Shown piece by piece: positions 46,727 through 56,949 of a stretch of 63,451 bases of DNA. The stretch spans positions 1 to 63,451 of the IMG/VR virus record IMGVR_UViG_3300007960_000021; one strand, 5' to 3'. Position 1 is the stretch's first letter. Each line of letters opens with the position of its first letter. Below the pieces are notes generated by a model that worked only from the letters and a program-made list of their open reading frames with translations, made no database searches and was not told the DNA's origin. This DNA is from a virus. Its lineage: Duplodnaviria; Caudoviricetes. The position numbers and the translations under genes were made by a program.

Positions 46727-48155
46727 AGTTGAAGTCCGGAACGTGATGAAGGTCTCTTACGCGCACATCCGTCCACTTGGCACGGCGACGGTGATCGGCG
46801 GTCGCAACGACCAAGGAAAGACGTCCTTCCTTGACGCGATTGCCATGGCGCTCGGAGGCGCGGTCATGTGCCCCGAAGAGCCGCTGAAGCGCGGAGAAGA
46901 CGAGGGGTCGGTGACGGTGGCGCTGGAGGGCGAGCCGACTCGACACTTGCCGCCGATGCGGGTGACGCGGCGGTTCTGGAGGACCGACGAAGGCGAGCAC
47001 AAGAGCGCCCTGACTGTCGTTTCCGACGACGCCTTCAGGTCGGCCCCTGGCGAGCAGCAAAGGCTGCTGTCGTCGCTGGTGTCGTTCGTCACGTTCGACC
47101 CCATGAAGTTCATGTCGGCGAAGCCGAAGGATCAGTTCGAGAAGCTGACGCAGCTTGCCGGTCTCAATCTCGATGCGGAAGACGCGGCGATCGCAAGGGA
47201 GATGGAGAGCCGCAAGGACTTGAAGAAGGACCTTGCCCGCGTCAAGTCTGAGGGAGAGACCCTCCGCGACGAGCTGACGGTTCCGTACGAGAAGGTGCCG
47301 GATGAAGAGGTCTCGCCCGACGAGATCGTCGAGCGGCTCAATGCTGCCAACGCGCACAACGCGGAAGTTGCCAATGCTGAAAGTTCGATCTACAGCTTGG
47401 TTTCTCAGGTCGAGGCGGCAACTCTGAGCGTAACGAAGGCCGAGAAGGACGAGGCCAGCGCTGCCGCCGAAGTCCAGCGCCTGACGAAGGCGCTGGCGGA
47501 GGCAAAGGCTGAGAAGAAGGCAGTCAGCGCGTCCGTAAAGGAAGCGAAGAAGGTGCTCGACACGAAGAAGTCGCTTCACCAGTCGCAGGTGGAGAAGGTC
47601 GGGAAGATGGAGCGACGAGACACGGAGCCGATCCTGTCTGAGCTTAACAAAGTCTCCGAGACAAACGCTGCTGTCTCATTAAAGAGACGAATCAATGCGA
47701 AGCGGGACGAGTACCGGGCCGTCGCCGGTCTTGTTGAGCGGGCGGACAAGAAGATTGAGACGCTCCGCGAGAAGAAGCTGAAGAAGATCGCGGAAGCGAA
47801 GTGGCCGATCGAAGGTCTGTCGGTTAACACGGAGGACAAGGTCGTGCTGTACAACGGATTCCCGCTGTCCAGCCAGACCAGCGTAAGCAGTCAGATGAAG
47901 GTTGGGATTGCGATTGGAGCGGCGCTCAATCCAAACCTGAAGCTGATTATCGTCAGGGACGCTTCGCTGCTGGACGAAGAGTCGCTGCAAGAGGTCGTGC
48001 TGTACGCGGCCGAGAGGGGATTCCAGCTATTCGTTGAGCGTGTTGGAAGCGGGGCCGAGTGCCATATCGTAATGAAGGATGGCGTGGCCGAGGTTATCGA
48101 AGAGGCTTGCCGACCGTCGGGAGCCTGCGAGCAAGCAATCGAAGGTGAGGAGTAA
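46713..48155 (+). CDS. SMC/Rad50-like AAA ATPase with coiled coil
   Basis: Walker A GRNDQGKTS, long coiled coil, degenerate signature and IIVRDASLLD. Confidence 0.8.
   Translation: MKMTEVEVRNVMKVSYAHIRPLGTATVIGGRNDQGKTSFLDAIAMALGGAVMCPEEPLKRGEDEGSVTVALEGEPTRHLPPMRVTRRFWRTDEGEHKSALTVVSDDAFRSAPGEQQRLLSSLVSFVTFDPMKFMSAKPKDQFEKLTQLAGLNLDAEDAAIAREMESRKDLKKDLARVKSEGETLRDELTVPYEKVPDEEVSPDEIVERLNAANAHNAEVANAESSIYSLVSQVEAATLSVTKAEKDEASAAAEVQRLTKALAEAKAEKKAVSASVKEAKKVLDTKKSLHQSQVEKVGKMERRDTEPILSELNKVSETNAAVSLKRRINAKRDEYRAVAGLVERADKKIETLREKKLKKIAEAKWPIEGLSVNTEDKVVLYNGFPLSSQTSVSSQMKVGIAIGAALNPNLKLIIVRDASLLDEESLQEVVLYAAERGFQLFVERVGSGAECHIVMKDGVAEVIEEACRPSGACEQAIEGEE
47673..47688 (+). repeat. 16-bp palindrome, 2-mismatch copy inside CDS
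   Basis: GTCTCATTAAAGAGAC. Confidence 0.6.
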
Positions 48156-48159
48156 GACA

Positions 48160-49152
48160 ATGAGCAGTTTGATTACACTGGACCTGAGCGAATTCGACAA
48201 AGACACTCAGGGCAAGCTGAACTACTTCGCGAAAGCCATCGGCAAGGCGCTTGCCACTGGCTGCGCAAGCTTCATCGAAGTTGGAGAGCAGCTTTACGAG
48301 GCTCGCGAGCTTCTGGTGGAGCAGGGCCGTGAGTCGTCCTTTGAAGCGTACGTCGAGTCGTACACGGCACTCAGCCGTGCCACTGCGTACAGGTACATTG
48401 GGATTTACGAGGCGTTCGGCGACACGCCGGACTGCCTGCAGTACATCGACCAACCGGCACTCACGCTGCTGTCCAAGGCGTCTACGCCTGAAGCGGCGCT
48501 GCGGGAGGCGATTCGAGTGGCGACCAAGAAGACCTACGTGCGGGCCGACGACGCGAAGACCATCATTGCCAAGCACACGCTTGAGGGAGAGGCGGCGAAG
48601 GCGGTGCGGTCGCCGTCGTTCGGCAAGCTGAGCGCCGAGGCCAAGACTGCCATCGTCTCCGGAAAGGTGGACGTCACTCCGGACAACGTCAAGCAGATGT
48701 CAAAGTTGACGAAAATGGAGCAGCGAAACGTCGTCAAAAAGGCTGTCGCCGGGGTGCCGATCGAACAGGCGATCGAGACCGCCGTCGATGCTGCTGAACT
48801 CAAGGAGGAGGCAGCAGAGGCCGAGGATGACAGCGGCTCAAAGGACGACGCCGTTGTCGTCGCGCCAGCACACGTCAGGTCGGCGTTCGCGATGGAAATG
48901 TGGAAGCAATTTCCAAGCGACTTGAAAGCGATGCTGAGGCAGATCAAAAAGACTGCCGGTCGCACTTCGGGAAGCTGGTTTGATCTCGCCGTCGTGACCG
49001 AGAAGTTCGAGGCGGCGATTGACGCGATCGAGAAGGCCGCGCCGTACATCGTCTGTCCTGCCTGCGAGGGCAAGAAGTGTAACGAGTGCCGAAATTCCGG
49101 ATTCATGCCCAAGGAGGAGTACGACGCTTATGTTGCCCGCACTGGAGATTGA
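48160..49152 (+). CDS. DUF3102-like DNA-binding protein with C-terminal Zn finger
   Basis: IEVGEQLYEARE...FEAYV...LSRATAYRYI; CPACEGKKCNECRNSG. Confidence 0.6.
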   Translation: MSSLITLDLSEFDKDTQGKLNYFAKAIGKALATGCASFIEVGEQLYEARELLVEQGRESSFEAYVESYTALSRATAYRYIGIYEAFGDTPDCLQYIDQPALTLLSKASTPEAALREAIRVATKKTYVRADDAKTIIAKHTLEGEAAKAVRSPSFGKLSAEAKTAIVSGKVDVTPDNVKQMSKLTKMEQRNVVKKAVAGVPIEQAIETAVDAAELKEEAAEAEDDSGSKDDAVVVAPAHVRSAFAMEMWKQFPSDLKAMLRQIKKTAGRTSGSWFDLAVVTEKFEAAIDAIEKAAPYIVCPACEGKKCNECRNSGFMPKEEYDAYVARTGD

Positions 49153-50674
49153 TCTAGGCGGCAAGCAACCAAGAGGCTACCAGCTTGCGGCGGTCGAGCG
49201 TGCTCGCTCGGCCGTCGCGGCCGGTTGCCGCAACTTGGTGATCGTCGGGCCGACAGGCAGCGGCAAGACGGTTATGGCTTGCATGTTAATCAAGCTGGCC
49301 GAAGAGAAGGGCAAGCGAGCCCTTGTCATCGCCCCTCGTCGAGAGCTGGTGACTCAGCTATCGACGCATCTTTACGACTGCGACGTTGAGCACGGCATCA
49401 TCATGGCCAACAGTCGCGGAGGCGAGAATCACTACGCCAGCGTTCAGGTTGGCACGAAGGGCACGATCGGCTCCCGCGCAGTTCGCGCCAAGAGCATGAT
49501 AATGGCGAAGTTCGATCTTGTTATCGTAGATGAGTGTCACGACGCGACGGCAAGCGAGTGGCTGAAGATTTACGAGATGCTGCAGAAGGCTGGCAATCCC
49601 GTATTCATTGGCCTGACGGCAACTCCGAGCAAGGGGAACGGTGCGTCGATCGGCCCGTTCTGGAAGCAGCTAGTGCCGACTGCGACGTATGGCGACCTGC
49701 AGGACGCCGGGCACTTGGTAAAGGTGACGGCATACGCCCCTGAGACGCCGGACATGAACGGATGCGGCATAGCGGCGGGCGACTGGAAGAACGACGAAGT
49801 TGACAAGCGAATCAATAGGCCAAAGCTTGTAGGCGACGTCGTTGAGCACTGGAAGAGGTACGGCGGCGACAGGCAGACCGTACTGTTTGCCTGCAACGTG
49901 CGGCATTCAATGCACTGCCGGGACGCATTCAAGAGGGCCGGGATCAATGCGGCTCACATTGATGCGACGACGGACCTCGCTGACCGGGAGGATATCCTTG
50001 CCGACTACAATGCCGGGGAGATTCAGGTAATAACCAACTGCGATATCTTGACGTATGGTTGGGATTCTCCGCAGACAGGGACGATCATCCTGGCTGCTCC
50101 GTCGCGAAGCATCGTGAAGTATCGTCAAAGGTCTGGCCGCGCTCTGCGGCCGTTTCCTGGCAAAGAGGACTGCATCATCATCGACCATTCCGGCGCAATC
50201 TTCATGCACGGATTCCCCGACGAGGACATGGAGTGGTCGCTCGACGCCGGATCGAATGTCGTGAAGGAGAGCCTGACGAAGCGATCCAAGCCAGAGAAGG
50301 AGCCGTCGCAGATTTGCTGCACGAACTGCACTTGCATCTACTCAGGCAGGCCGGACTGTCCACGATGCGGCCATCGCGGCGGAAAGAGCGGCCAGAAGAT
50401 TGCTTTCCAGAAGGGGCTATTGAAGGAGGTGTCGCGAGAGAAGGCGAAGGCTGGCGGTGCCGACACGCCAGAGGAGAAGATCAAGCACTGGCACTACTGC
50501 CTTGCGGTGTCGGCAAACAAGGGACTCAAAGCCAGCGCCGCTGCCGGAATGTACAAAGGAAAGTTCAAGGTCGCTCCATGGGAGGAGGGGTTCCTGCCAA
50601 ACATGCCGGAGGGATACGAATGGAAGAAGCTGACGGCGGACCTGTACCCGCAGTACGTGCAGAGAAAGAAGTGA
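49130..50674 (+). CDS. SF2 DEAD/DEAH helicase with Zn ribbon
   Basis: PTGSGKT, DECH, GLTATP, QRSGRALR, CTNC...CPRCG. Confidence 0.92.
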   Translation: MLPALEIDLGGKQPRGYQLAAVERARSAVAAGCRNLVIVGPTGSGKTVMACMLIKLAEEKGKRALVIAPRRELVTQLSTHLYDCDVEHGIIMANSRGGENHYASVQVGTKGTIGSRAVRAKSMIMAKFDLVIVDECHDATASEWLKIYEMLQKAGNPVFIGLTATPSKGNGASIGPFWKQLVPTATYGDLQDAGHLVKVTAYAPETPDMNGCGIAAGDWKNDEVDKRINRPKLVGDVVEHWKRYGGDRQTVLFACNVRHSMHCRDAFKRAGINAAHIDATTDLADREDILADYNAGEIQVITNCDILTYGWDSPQTGTIILAAPSRSIVKYRQRSGRALRPFPGKEDCIIIDHSGAIFMHGFPDEDMEWSLDAGSNVVKESLTKRSKPEKEPSQICCTNCTCIYSGRPDCPRCGHRGGKSGQKIAFQKGLLKEVSREKAKAGGADTPEEKIKHWHYCLAVSANKGLKASAAAGMYKGKFKVAPWEEGFLPNMPEGYEWKKLTADLYPQYVQRKK

Positions 50675-50898
50675 GACGCGAGTGCGTTCGCGCTGCGGTT
50701 GGTATCGTAGAGGCCCTGATAAAGACAAGTGAGACCGAGGCTCAGCTTGAGTCGCTTGCCAGGCTTGTAAATGCCGGAATCAACTGCGGAGACATAACCG
50801 AGAGGCAGCGTAGATGGCTGAAAATGACGTACGCAACGAGACTCAAGGAGATTCGCGATGGCAAAGCTAAAGTCGGCAGACAAGAAGATGTACGATGA
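50671..50898 (+). CDS. Small hypothetical protein
   Basis: GTGA overlap with the helicase stop. Confidence 0.45.
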   Translation: MRRECVRAAVGIVEALIKTSETEAQLESLARLVNAGINCGDITERQRRWLKMTYATRLKEIRDGKAKVGRQEDVR

Positions 50899-51268
50899 GT
50901 TTGCGAGACTCTTCGACTTCTGCTTTACGTGCGGCTGGCGACCAAATGAAGGTCTCTGGCGAAACTGGATGATTGGAAGGCTTGAAATGTCGCACATCGT
51001 AGGCGGCAGCGGGCGAAGGCATGACAGGCGAGCGATCGTTAGGCAATGCAGTGGATGCCATCGACTATTCCACGGCGACAGGGTGCGTATTGGCGGGTCG
51101 CTAATGCCGACGCTGACCAAGTCAAACCTGCTGTGGGCAAAGCAGAAGTTTGACCCTGACTACTACGACGTCGAGTACCTTAACTCGCTTTCGATTGCAA
51201 GGCTTGCTGAACCAAAGGAACCAGCCGAATGGTTTATGAGCGAACTGCGAGCAAATGGGTTAGGGTAA
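50858..51268 (+). CDS. HNH-like / Zn-binding nuclease
   Basis: CFTCG...EMSHIVGG...CSGCHRLFH. Confidence 0.6.
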   Translation: MAKLKSADKKMYDEFARLFDFCFTCGWRPNEGLWRNWMIGRLEMSHIVGGSGRRHDRRAIVRQCSGCHRLFHGDRVRIGGSLMPTLTKSNLLWAKQKFDPDYYDVEYLNSLSIARLAEPKEPAEWFMSELRANGLG

Positions 51269-52215
51269 GCGCGTCCGAGCCGTGCTCGATATGCGGACAG
51301 AAGCGATACTGTACGCGGACTGCCGACGGAACGGCAGCAAAGTGCATGAAGGTCGAGTCTGGCACTTCCGTCAAGACGGGCGGCTGGGTGCATAAGCTTG
51401 ACGATCCGCTTCCTGAGCGCGTCGCACCACCGCCGAGAAAGATTGACTATGAGCTATGGAGGAATCGCTGTGCGGAGGCGTACCGGCACAAGCTTGCAGG
51501 AAAGGTTAGGGCCGAGGAAGCGGAAAGGCTTGGCCTGTCGCCTGGGATACTTGATCGCCTGTACGTCGGAGCCGGTGTTGACGCGAAGCATGGCGTTTAT
51601 TCGACATGGCCGCAGAGGGACGGAAAGGCGAGGTTCGTTGGATACTGCCGCCGATTCAGTGACGGAACGAAGATGTCCGAGAAGGGAGGCAAGCAGGGGC
51701 TGTTCTATCTCCTTCATTGGTATCTGTCGGCAGGGCCGTTGTTTGTCGTTGAGGGTGGCAGCGACGTTGCGGCACTCGCCGGAATCGGCGCAGTCACGAT
51801 CGGCAGGTTCAGCAATGTAGGCGGCGCTGACATGATAGCCACGGCATGGAACGGCCTGACGAAGAAGCCGCAGATAGTCGTCGTCGGCGAAATGGACGAA
51901 AAGCCTCACAAGAGAGGGACGTTGAAATCGTGCAAGCTCGACTGCCCAGGGTGCTCAAACTGCTGGCCTGGAAAGTACGGGGCGATTCATACCGCAGTTC
52001 AGTTGTCGAGCGCTCTTGGCGTTGACGTTCGGTGGGCGATGTGTCCAGACGGATGCAAGGACGCCAGGGAGTGGGCCTCAAAGAACAGAGGGGCGTCGGT
52101 GATCGACTGGATTGAAGACATGAAAGGTGGCGTCAATGTCAAGGTTTCGCAAGCCAGGCAATTGCTTATGTCAGGGACGATGGAGTCAGAAGTTAGAGCA
52201 CTGGGGGGTCCTTGA
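51229..52215 (+). CDS. Primase-like protein (Zn finger + TOPRIM)
   Basis: PCSICGQKRYC; FVVEGGSDVAAL; VVGEMD; KDAREW. Confidence 0.8.
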   Translation: MVYERTASKWVRVSASEPCSICGQKRYCTRTADGTAAKCMKVESGTSVKTGGWVHKLDDPLPERVAPPPRKIDYELWRNRCAEAYRHKLAGKVRAEEAERLGLSPGILDRLYVGAGVDAKHGVYSTWPQRDGKARFVGYCRRFSDGTKMSEKGGKQGLFYLLHWYLSAGPLFVVEGGSDVAALAGIGAVTIGRFSNVGGADMIATAWNGLTKKPQIVVVGEMDEKPHKRGTLKSCKLDCPGCSNCWPGKYGAIHTAVQLSSALGVDVRWAMCPDGCKDAREWASKNRGASVIDWIEDMKGGVNVKVSQARQLLMSGTMESEVRALGGP

Positions 52216-52675
52216 GAGAGGCCCGGTGAGCAAGCTCAAGTGCCTGAAATGCGGGTGGTACTGGGATTCGTCTCGACAGTACGTTGATCGCATACGGGAC
52301 TGGACAGAGCGGTCCCGAAAGGGGCTGACCGATGAGGACATCCTTGCTCGCTTAATCGAAGGGACTCTCTCGGTTGACATCGTCAAGGCTGAGGTCTACT
52401 CAGGTGACAGGAAGCTCAGCGTCAGGGAGGCTGATCGCGGCAGTCGCGGGCGATATCGCTTTGTCGAGATATGCCGCAACGGCAAGAAGAAGGCGATTGC
52501 GTTGCACAGGATCGTGTGGATGGCAGTCACGAAGAGGCTTATTCCTGACGACAAGGACATTGACCATATCAGGGGATCTGTCGCTGGGGATGGCATCAGC
52601 AATCTTCGCTGCATCCCATCGTCGATGAACCGCTCGCGGTCAAAGATGGCACTCGCAGACCAGTCTCATTACTGA
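52136..52675 (+). CDS. HNH endonuclease
   Basis: LHRIVWM...DIDHI...NLRCI...NRS. Confidence 0.75.
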   Translation: MSRFRKPGNCLCQGRWSQKLEHWGVLERGPVSKLKCLKCGWYWDSSRQYVDRIRDWTERSRKGLTDEDILARLIEGTLSVDIVKAEVYSGDRKLSVREADRGSRGRYRFVEICRNGKKKAIALHRIVWMAVTKRLIPDDKDIDHIRGSVAGDGISNLRCIPSSMNRSRSKMALADQSHY

Positions 52676-52678
52676 GAC
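52663..52678 (+). repeat. 16-bp palindrome, perfect copy, overlapping a stop codon and upstream of a promoter
   Basis: Exact match. Confidence 0.95.
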
Positions 52679-52691
52679 AAGGCAAACAGGC

Positions 52692-52720
52692 TTGCAACCT
52701 TGGCTGAATGGTTGGATAAT
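52692..52720 (+). promoter_or_regulatory. Sigma70-like promoter
   Basis: TTGCAA-N17-GATAAT upstream of the tail fibre block. Confidence 0.5.
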
Positions 52721-52756
52721 CGCCACTGGTAGTGTCTCGTTCACCAGGAGGTACAC

Positions 52757-53185
52757 ATGGCGAGCAATTTCAAGATTTCGACTGCCGCGAGAAACGCCGC
52801 GTGCGACGCGCTGGTCGATCTATTCGATGGCGGGACCCCGCCTGCAACAATTGCCATCAGAACGGGAACGCCGCCGACCAACGTCAGCGATGCAAGCAGC
52901 GGTACATTGCTTGGGACGCCGACGTTCGGGAATCCGGCGTTCGGCTCCGCGTCTTCTGGCGTTGCGACTGCGAACTCAATCACGAGCGATTCGAGCGCGG
53001 ATGCGTCTGGTGATGCCGGTCACTTCCGCTGCTACCAGGGGGCGGCTGGCGACACGGCGGCTCTGTGCCAGGGGACCGCTGGAGAGGCGGCTGACTCTCC
53101 GGACTTGACGTTCGACAACAAGACGATCGTTGCCGGTGGCGTCATTGCGATATCGTCCATCACCATCACCGTGCCGATTCAGTAA
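52757..53185 (+). CDS. Virion structural protein (tail-fibre associated)
   Basis: AGGAGG RBS; STAARNAACDA...ADASGDAGHFR...IVAGGVIAISSITITVP, a pattern common in phage structural proteins. Confidence 0.65.
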   Translation: MASNFKISTAARNAACDALVDLFDGGTPPATIAIRTGTPPTNVSDASSGTLLGTPTFGNPAFGSASSGVATANSITSDSSADASGDAGHFRCYQGAAGDTAALCQGTAGEAADSPDLTFDNKTIVAGGVIAISSITITVPIQ

Positions 53186-53196
53186 GGAACGATCGA

Positions 53197-53628
53197 ATGT
53201 CTGAGGTCAAGCAGGTCATTGTTGGCGGATCGTTCGCGCCGAAACTCACGGCGGGAGAGGTTCATGCCATGAGTCCGCTCTTTAGTGAATGCGATGCGGA
53301 AGTGAAGGATGTCGTCGGAATCCTGAGCCGGTGCGTTCTGACGTTCCTTGAGACGCCGGAATCGCGGCTTCCTGGGATGCCGCATCCGTCAGGCGTGGCA
53401 TCCGTCGTTCCTCTTGAAGAGGACGAGAAGCGGCGGATATTCGATGTCGTACCGTGGTCATGGGAATGTGACACGTACGGCAGGGTGCTCGACCGCCTCC
53501 CGCTTGGCAATGCTCGAAACGCGGCCTATCACCTTCTGTGGTACGCTCGCGAACTCACGGTTGACAGGGAGCCGATCACCGTCGATCGGATTGTACGAGA
53601 AGTCACTGACAAGGTCCGGAGGTCGTAA
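53197..53628 (+). CDS. Hypothetical protein
   Basis: ORF with AAGGA RBS. Confidence 0.55.
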   Translation: MSEVKQVIVGGSFAPKLTAGEVHAMSPLFSECDAEVKDVVGILSRCVLTFLETPESRLPGMPHPSGVASVVPLEEDEKRRIFDVVPWSWECDTYGRVLDRLPLGNARNAAYHLLWYARELTVDREPITVDRIVREVTDKVRRS

Positions 53629-53918
53629 TGGCCGATAACTTGATTGATCTGTCGAAGCGGGCCGCGACTGGCGACAACGTCAGGACAGTGGCGGCCAAGC
53701 TCGCCGCGATTTCGAGAAGAATGGCAGAGGTAGCTGCAGAGGCGGCGGTCGTCAGGAATGAGATCGCAGCCGATCCTGGGGTGTTCACGGCAGCAGATCG
53801 AGCTGTGGCAAAAGCCGCCGTTGAGGCAGCCTACACGGACGTCCTGGTTAGCGTTTACCAGAACAGCCTGTTGACTGGAGTGCTTGTGATAACGGTTGAC
53901 GGCACTCCGGTCGCGTAG
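53628..53918 (+). CDS. Hypothetical Ala-rich protein
   Basis: TAATG overlap. Confidence 0.55.
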   Translation: MADNLIDLSKRAATGDNVRTVAAKLAAISRRMAEVAAEAAVVRNEIAADPGVFTAADRAVAKAAVEAAYTDVLVSVYQNSLLTGVLVITVDGTPVA

Positions 53919-53938
53919 GCACGATCGGGGACGACTGA

Positions 53939-55930
53939 ATGCCAACCTTCTTTGATGATCCAGTTGACGTTACGCCTACGGCGACGGCGACGGCGACGTA
54001 CCACGACATTGACCTGACCAGTCACGTAGGCTCTGACGCCGGAAGCCTCGCGATTGCCCTGTTCCTCGTCGAAGGCGACTCGACGTTTCGCGGCGTTGAG
54101 ATGCGAGGAAACGGGCAATCCTGGGACCCGTACTCCTTGTCTAACTCGCGGTCGCTTGGCCGCTTTGGTTACAGGATCTACGCTGTCAAGCCTGACGGCG
54201 ACGACATTGTTGAAATAGCCTGGACGAACAAGCCAGTGCTCGTCAACTTCCTTGGCTACTTCACGACCGACGAGGCGGTTGGTCATAGCGAGCCAGTTTC
54301 CCGCGCCCCGTCAACGAACAGCACCTACTCCACCTTCACTGTTTCCGGTTCTCCTTCGGATTGCGTGGGCGTCGTGCTGGTACACTTCAACAATACCACT
54401 GCTCAGTACAGGACGGCAGCCAGGGCGTACGGAGACTCGGACGACCGATTTCTCGACTCGCAGTGCTGCTCCATCTCAGGCGTTGATGGAAGCTACCAGT
54501 ACGAAGTGAAGGAGGAGGTGGTCGCGTCGCAGGAATGTTACGAGATTGGCTACTTGAAGTCTGATTCCGGTTTTCAATGGAAGGGCGACAGCGAAGAATC
54601 GTTGACGGTGTCCGCGTCAGAAGACGACATGTGGACCAACAAGACGCCAAGCACGTTGCGAACGGGAGCGACCCACGTGCTGGTCGCATGCACGAACTCC
54701 GTATCCTCTGGGTACGATTGTGTCGCTCGAAGCGGTGACTCGACATGGTCGCTTCAGACCATCACGTATGGTGGACCCGGTTCGGGAATGGCGAAGGACT
54801 GCTATGTCGTGAAGCTCGGATCGAGCGACGACGTTGACGTCTACATCGACCAGTACAACTTTGAAGCGGTTATGATCCTCGGCGACTTCGTGCCGCCGAC
54901 GAGCACGTACACCGGATCGGCCGCTCTTGGGGCTGGCGGCGTCACGTTCTCAGGCTCAGCGGGATTCACTGCCCCGACCTACAGCGGTTCGGCAGCCATA
55001 GAGATTGGTGGTGTCACGTTCGCGGGGTCTGCCACTTCGGCCGACCCTACGTTTACTGCAACGGCAGGTCTTGGCGTCGGTCCAGTTGAGTTCGCGGGGT
55101 CCGGCACGTTTACGGAGCCGACGTACGCTGGTGAGGCAACGCTGTCTATTGCTGGCATTGTCTTTGAGGGCACTGGAACGACGACGGTCCCAGAGTTTGC
55201 CGCGACGGCCGCACTTGAAGTGGCGGGCCTGCTGTTCGCCGGAGACGCGACGTTTGACTCAGGTACGTTCACCGCGTCGGCCGATCTGTCCGTTGGCGGC
55301 ATTGCATTCGACGGCGAGGCCAGCTTTGAGTCGCCCACGTTTACTGCGTCGGCTGCCGTTACGATAGGCCCGGTTGAGTTTGTCGGCAGCGGGACGTCGG
55401 CCGATCCGACAATGACAGCATCGGCTGACGTGTCGATCGGCGCAGTCGAGTTCCAGGGCGAGGCCACGTTTGACTCAGGTACGTTCACGGCGACGGCCTC
55501 GTTGACGACAGGCGGGATTGAGTTTGCGGGCGAAGGGACGTTCGATGCAGGCACGTTCACGGCATCAGCCTCTCTCGTTGCTGGAGCGGTTTCCTTTGAC
55601 GGGTCGGCGCTGTATGTCGAGGCGGTTACGGCGACGGCTTCGCTCACTTCGGGCGCGGTGGTGTTTGTCGGGTCGGCGTCGTATTCAGCGGGCACGTTCA
55701 CGGCGTCGGCCGAGCTGACGGTAGGAGCGATTGAGTTTGCGTCGGCAGGCACGTTCGTTTTCCTGTTTGATCCGAGCGGGCTTTGGGTGTCTCTCAATGC
55801 CGGGCGGTACGCGGCCGGGCGGGCGCCGGGCAGAGTTCACGTCAGCAAGGAATGTGGTAGACTTGCCAAGTCGAATGCGGTTGGTCGCGTGAGCACTTCC
55901 AGGCCGATAGGTCGGCTATACCGAGGGTGA
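53939..55930 (+). CDS. Tail fibre/spike-like protein with ~23-aa tandem repeats
   Basis: C-terminal half is a repeated TFTA[ST]AxLxxGxxxFxGxATF unit. Confidence 0.65.
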   Translation: MPTFFDDPVDVTPTATATATYHDIDLTSHVGSDAGSLAIALFLVEGDSTFRGVEMRGNGQSWDPYSLSNSRSLGRFGYRIYAVKPDGDDIVEIAWTNKPVLVNFLGYFTTDEAVGHSEPVSRAPSTNSTYSTFTVSGSPSDCVGVVLVHFNNTTAQYRTAARAYGDSDDRFLDSQCCSISGVDGSYQYEVKEEVVASQECYEIGYLKSDSGFQWKGDSEESLTVSASEDDMWTNKTPSTLRTGATHVLVACTNSVSSGYDCVARSGDSTWSLQTITYGGPGSGMAKDCYVVKLGSSDDVDVYIDQYNFEAVMILGDFVPPTSTYTGSAALGAGGVTFSGSAGFTAPTYSGSAAIEIGGVTFAGSATSADPTFTATAGLGVGPVEFAGSGTFTEPTYAGEATLSIAGIVFEGTGTTTVPEFAATAALEVAGLLFAGDATFDSGTFTASADLSVGGIAFDGEASFESPTFTASAAVTIGPVEFVGSGTSADPTMTASADVSIGAVEFQGEATFDSGTFTATASLTTGGIEFAGEGTFDAGTFTASASLVAGAVSFDGSALYVEAVTATASLTSGAVVFVGSASYSAGTFTASAELTVGAIEFASAGTFVFLFDPSGLWVSLNAGRYAAGRAPGRVHVSKECGRLAKSNAVGRVSTSRPIGRLYRG

Positions 55931-55934
55931 TTGA

Positions 55935-56315
55935 ATGTCTGAGCAGAACAGCGTGCTTGCCCGCGAGACGAACGACAAGGCGGCAACCGAGCAGATCAAT
56001 TACCTTTGCGACTTTGGCGACCGACTTGCCGCAGGGGACACGATCGCGACAGTCACCGGAAACGATGCCAATGGCAACGCACTCGGCGCAATCGACAGCA
56101 CCGGCGACTTGACGATAAGCTCTGTGGCAGCCAACGGCTCCCAGGTGACGGTAGACGGAGTCGCAGTTGCCGCGAATGAAGGGTTGCAGTACACGGTCTA
56201 CGGCGGGACCGCAGGCGACCTCTACACGATCGTTTGCCGAGTCGTCACGACGAACGGCGAGACGCTTGAGGTACGATGCCGACTCCGGATCGTACCGGAC
56301 GCCAATGCCCTATAG
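55935..56315 (+). CDS. Fibre-tail adaptor-like protein
   Basis: KAATEQINYLCDFGDRLAAGDTI...GGTAGDLYTIVCRVVTTNGETLE. Confidence 0.6.
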   Translation: MSEQNSVLARETNDKAATEQINYLCDFGDRLAAGDTIATVTGNDANGNALGAIDSTGDLTISSVAANGSQVTVDGVAVAANEGLQYTVYGGTAGDLYTIVCRVVTTNGETLEVRCRLRIVPDANAL

Positions 56316-56441
56316 CCTCGCCACGCGAGCGTAATGGCCCCTCTCGCACGCTTTGTGCCATCCGGACGCCTTCCGAGCCGGATTCCCTTTCTGCGTGCTC
56401 TACGCGGCCGTCAGGCGGTCGGTACGCGCGGCAATCCGGCC

Positions 56442-56457
56442 GTCTCAGTAATGAGAC
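56442..56457 (-). repeat. 16-bp palindrome, perfect copy, reverse orientation
   Basis: GTCTCAGTAATGAGAC. Confidence 0.95.
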
Positions 56458-56949
56458 TCGCGTAACAGCACGCCGGATATGAAAATCCCGCGTTTTCAAG
56501 CTTCCGCGTATGGAATGAGTTTAGGGGCGGATCGGCCGAATCCGAAAGCTACGCCGACCGGCCGGAATTCCGCACCACCCATCCAGGGGGGAGGCCCCCA
56601 TACCCCCCGCCAGGTAGGGGTACATCCGTACACGTATTTACAAGCGACTACTTTAAGGGTAGAATCGGGGTTCAACCCGATTCGCTCTTTCTTAATCCGA
56701 GACGTCACCAGCCGACAACGGGCGCGGCGCAAACGGCGCCCCCGCGCGGGGTTCTCCCCGCGCGCCTATCTCGCAGCATTCAAGCTACCGGCACCCCGCA
56801 GTGCGTGACGTTTCGCATCGTAGCAAGCTTCCCCGCATTCCGCAGGAAGCGCGTAAACCGATACCGAAACGGCCGCACATGTGTGCAGTTAGTGCGATAT
56901 AAGTCGCGGGCTAGCCAACCGCAGACACGACCCGTTGCAAAAGCCTTTG

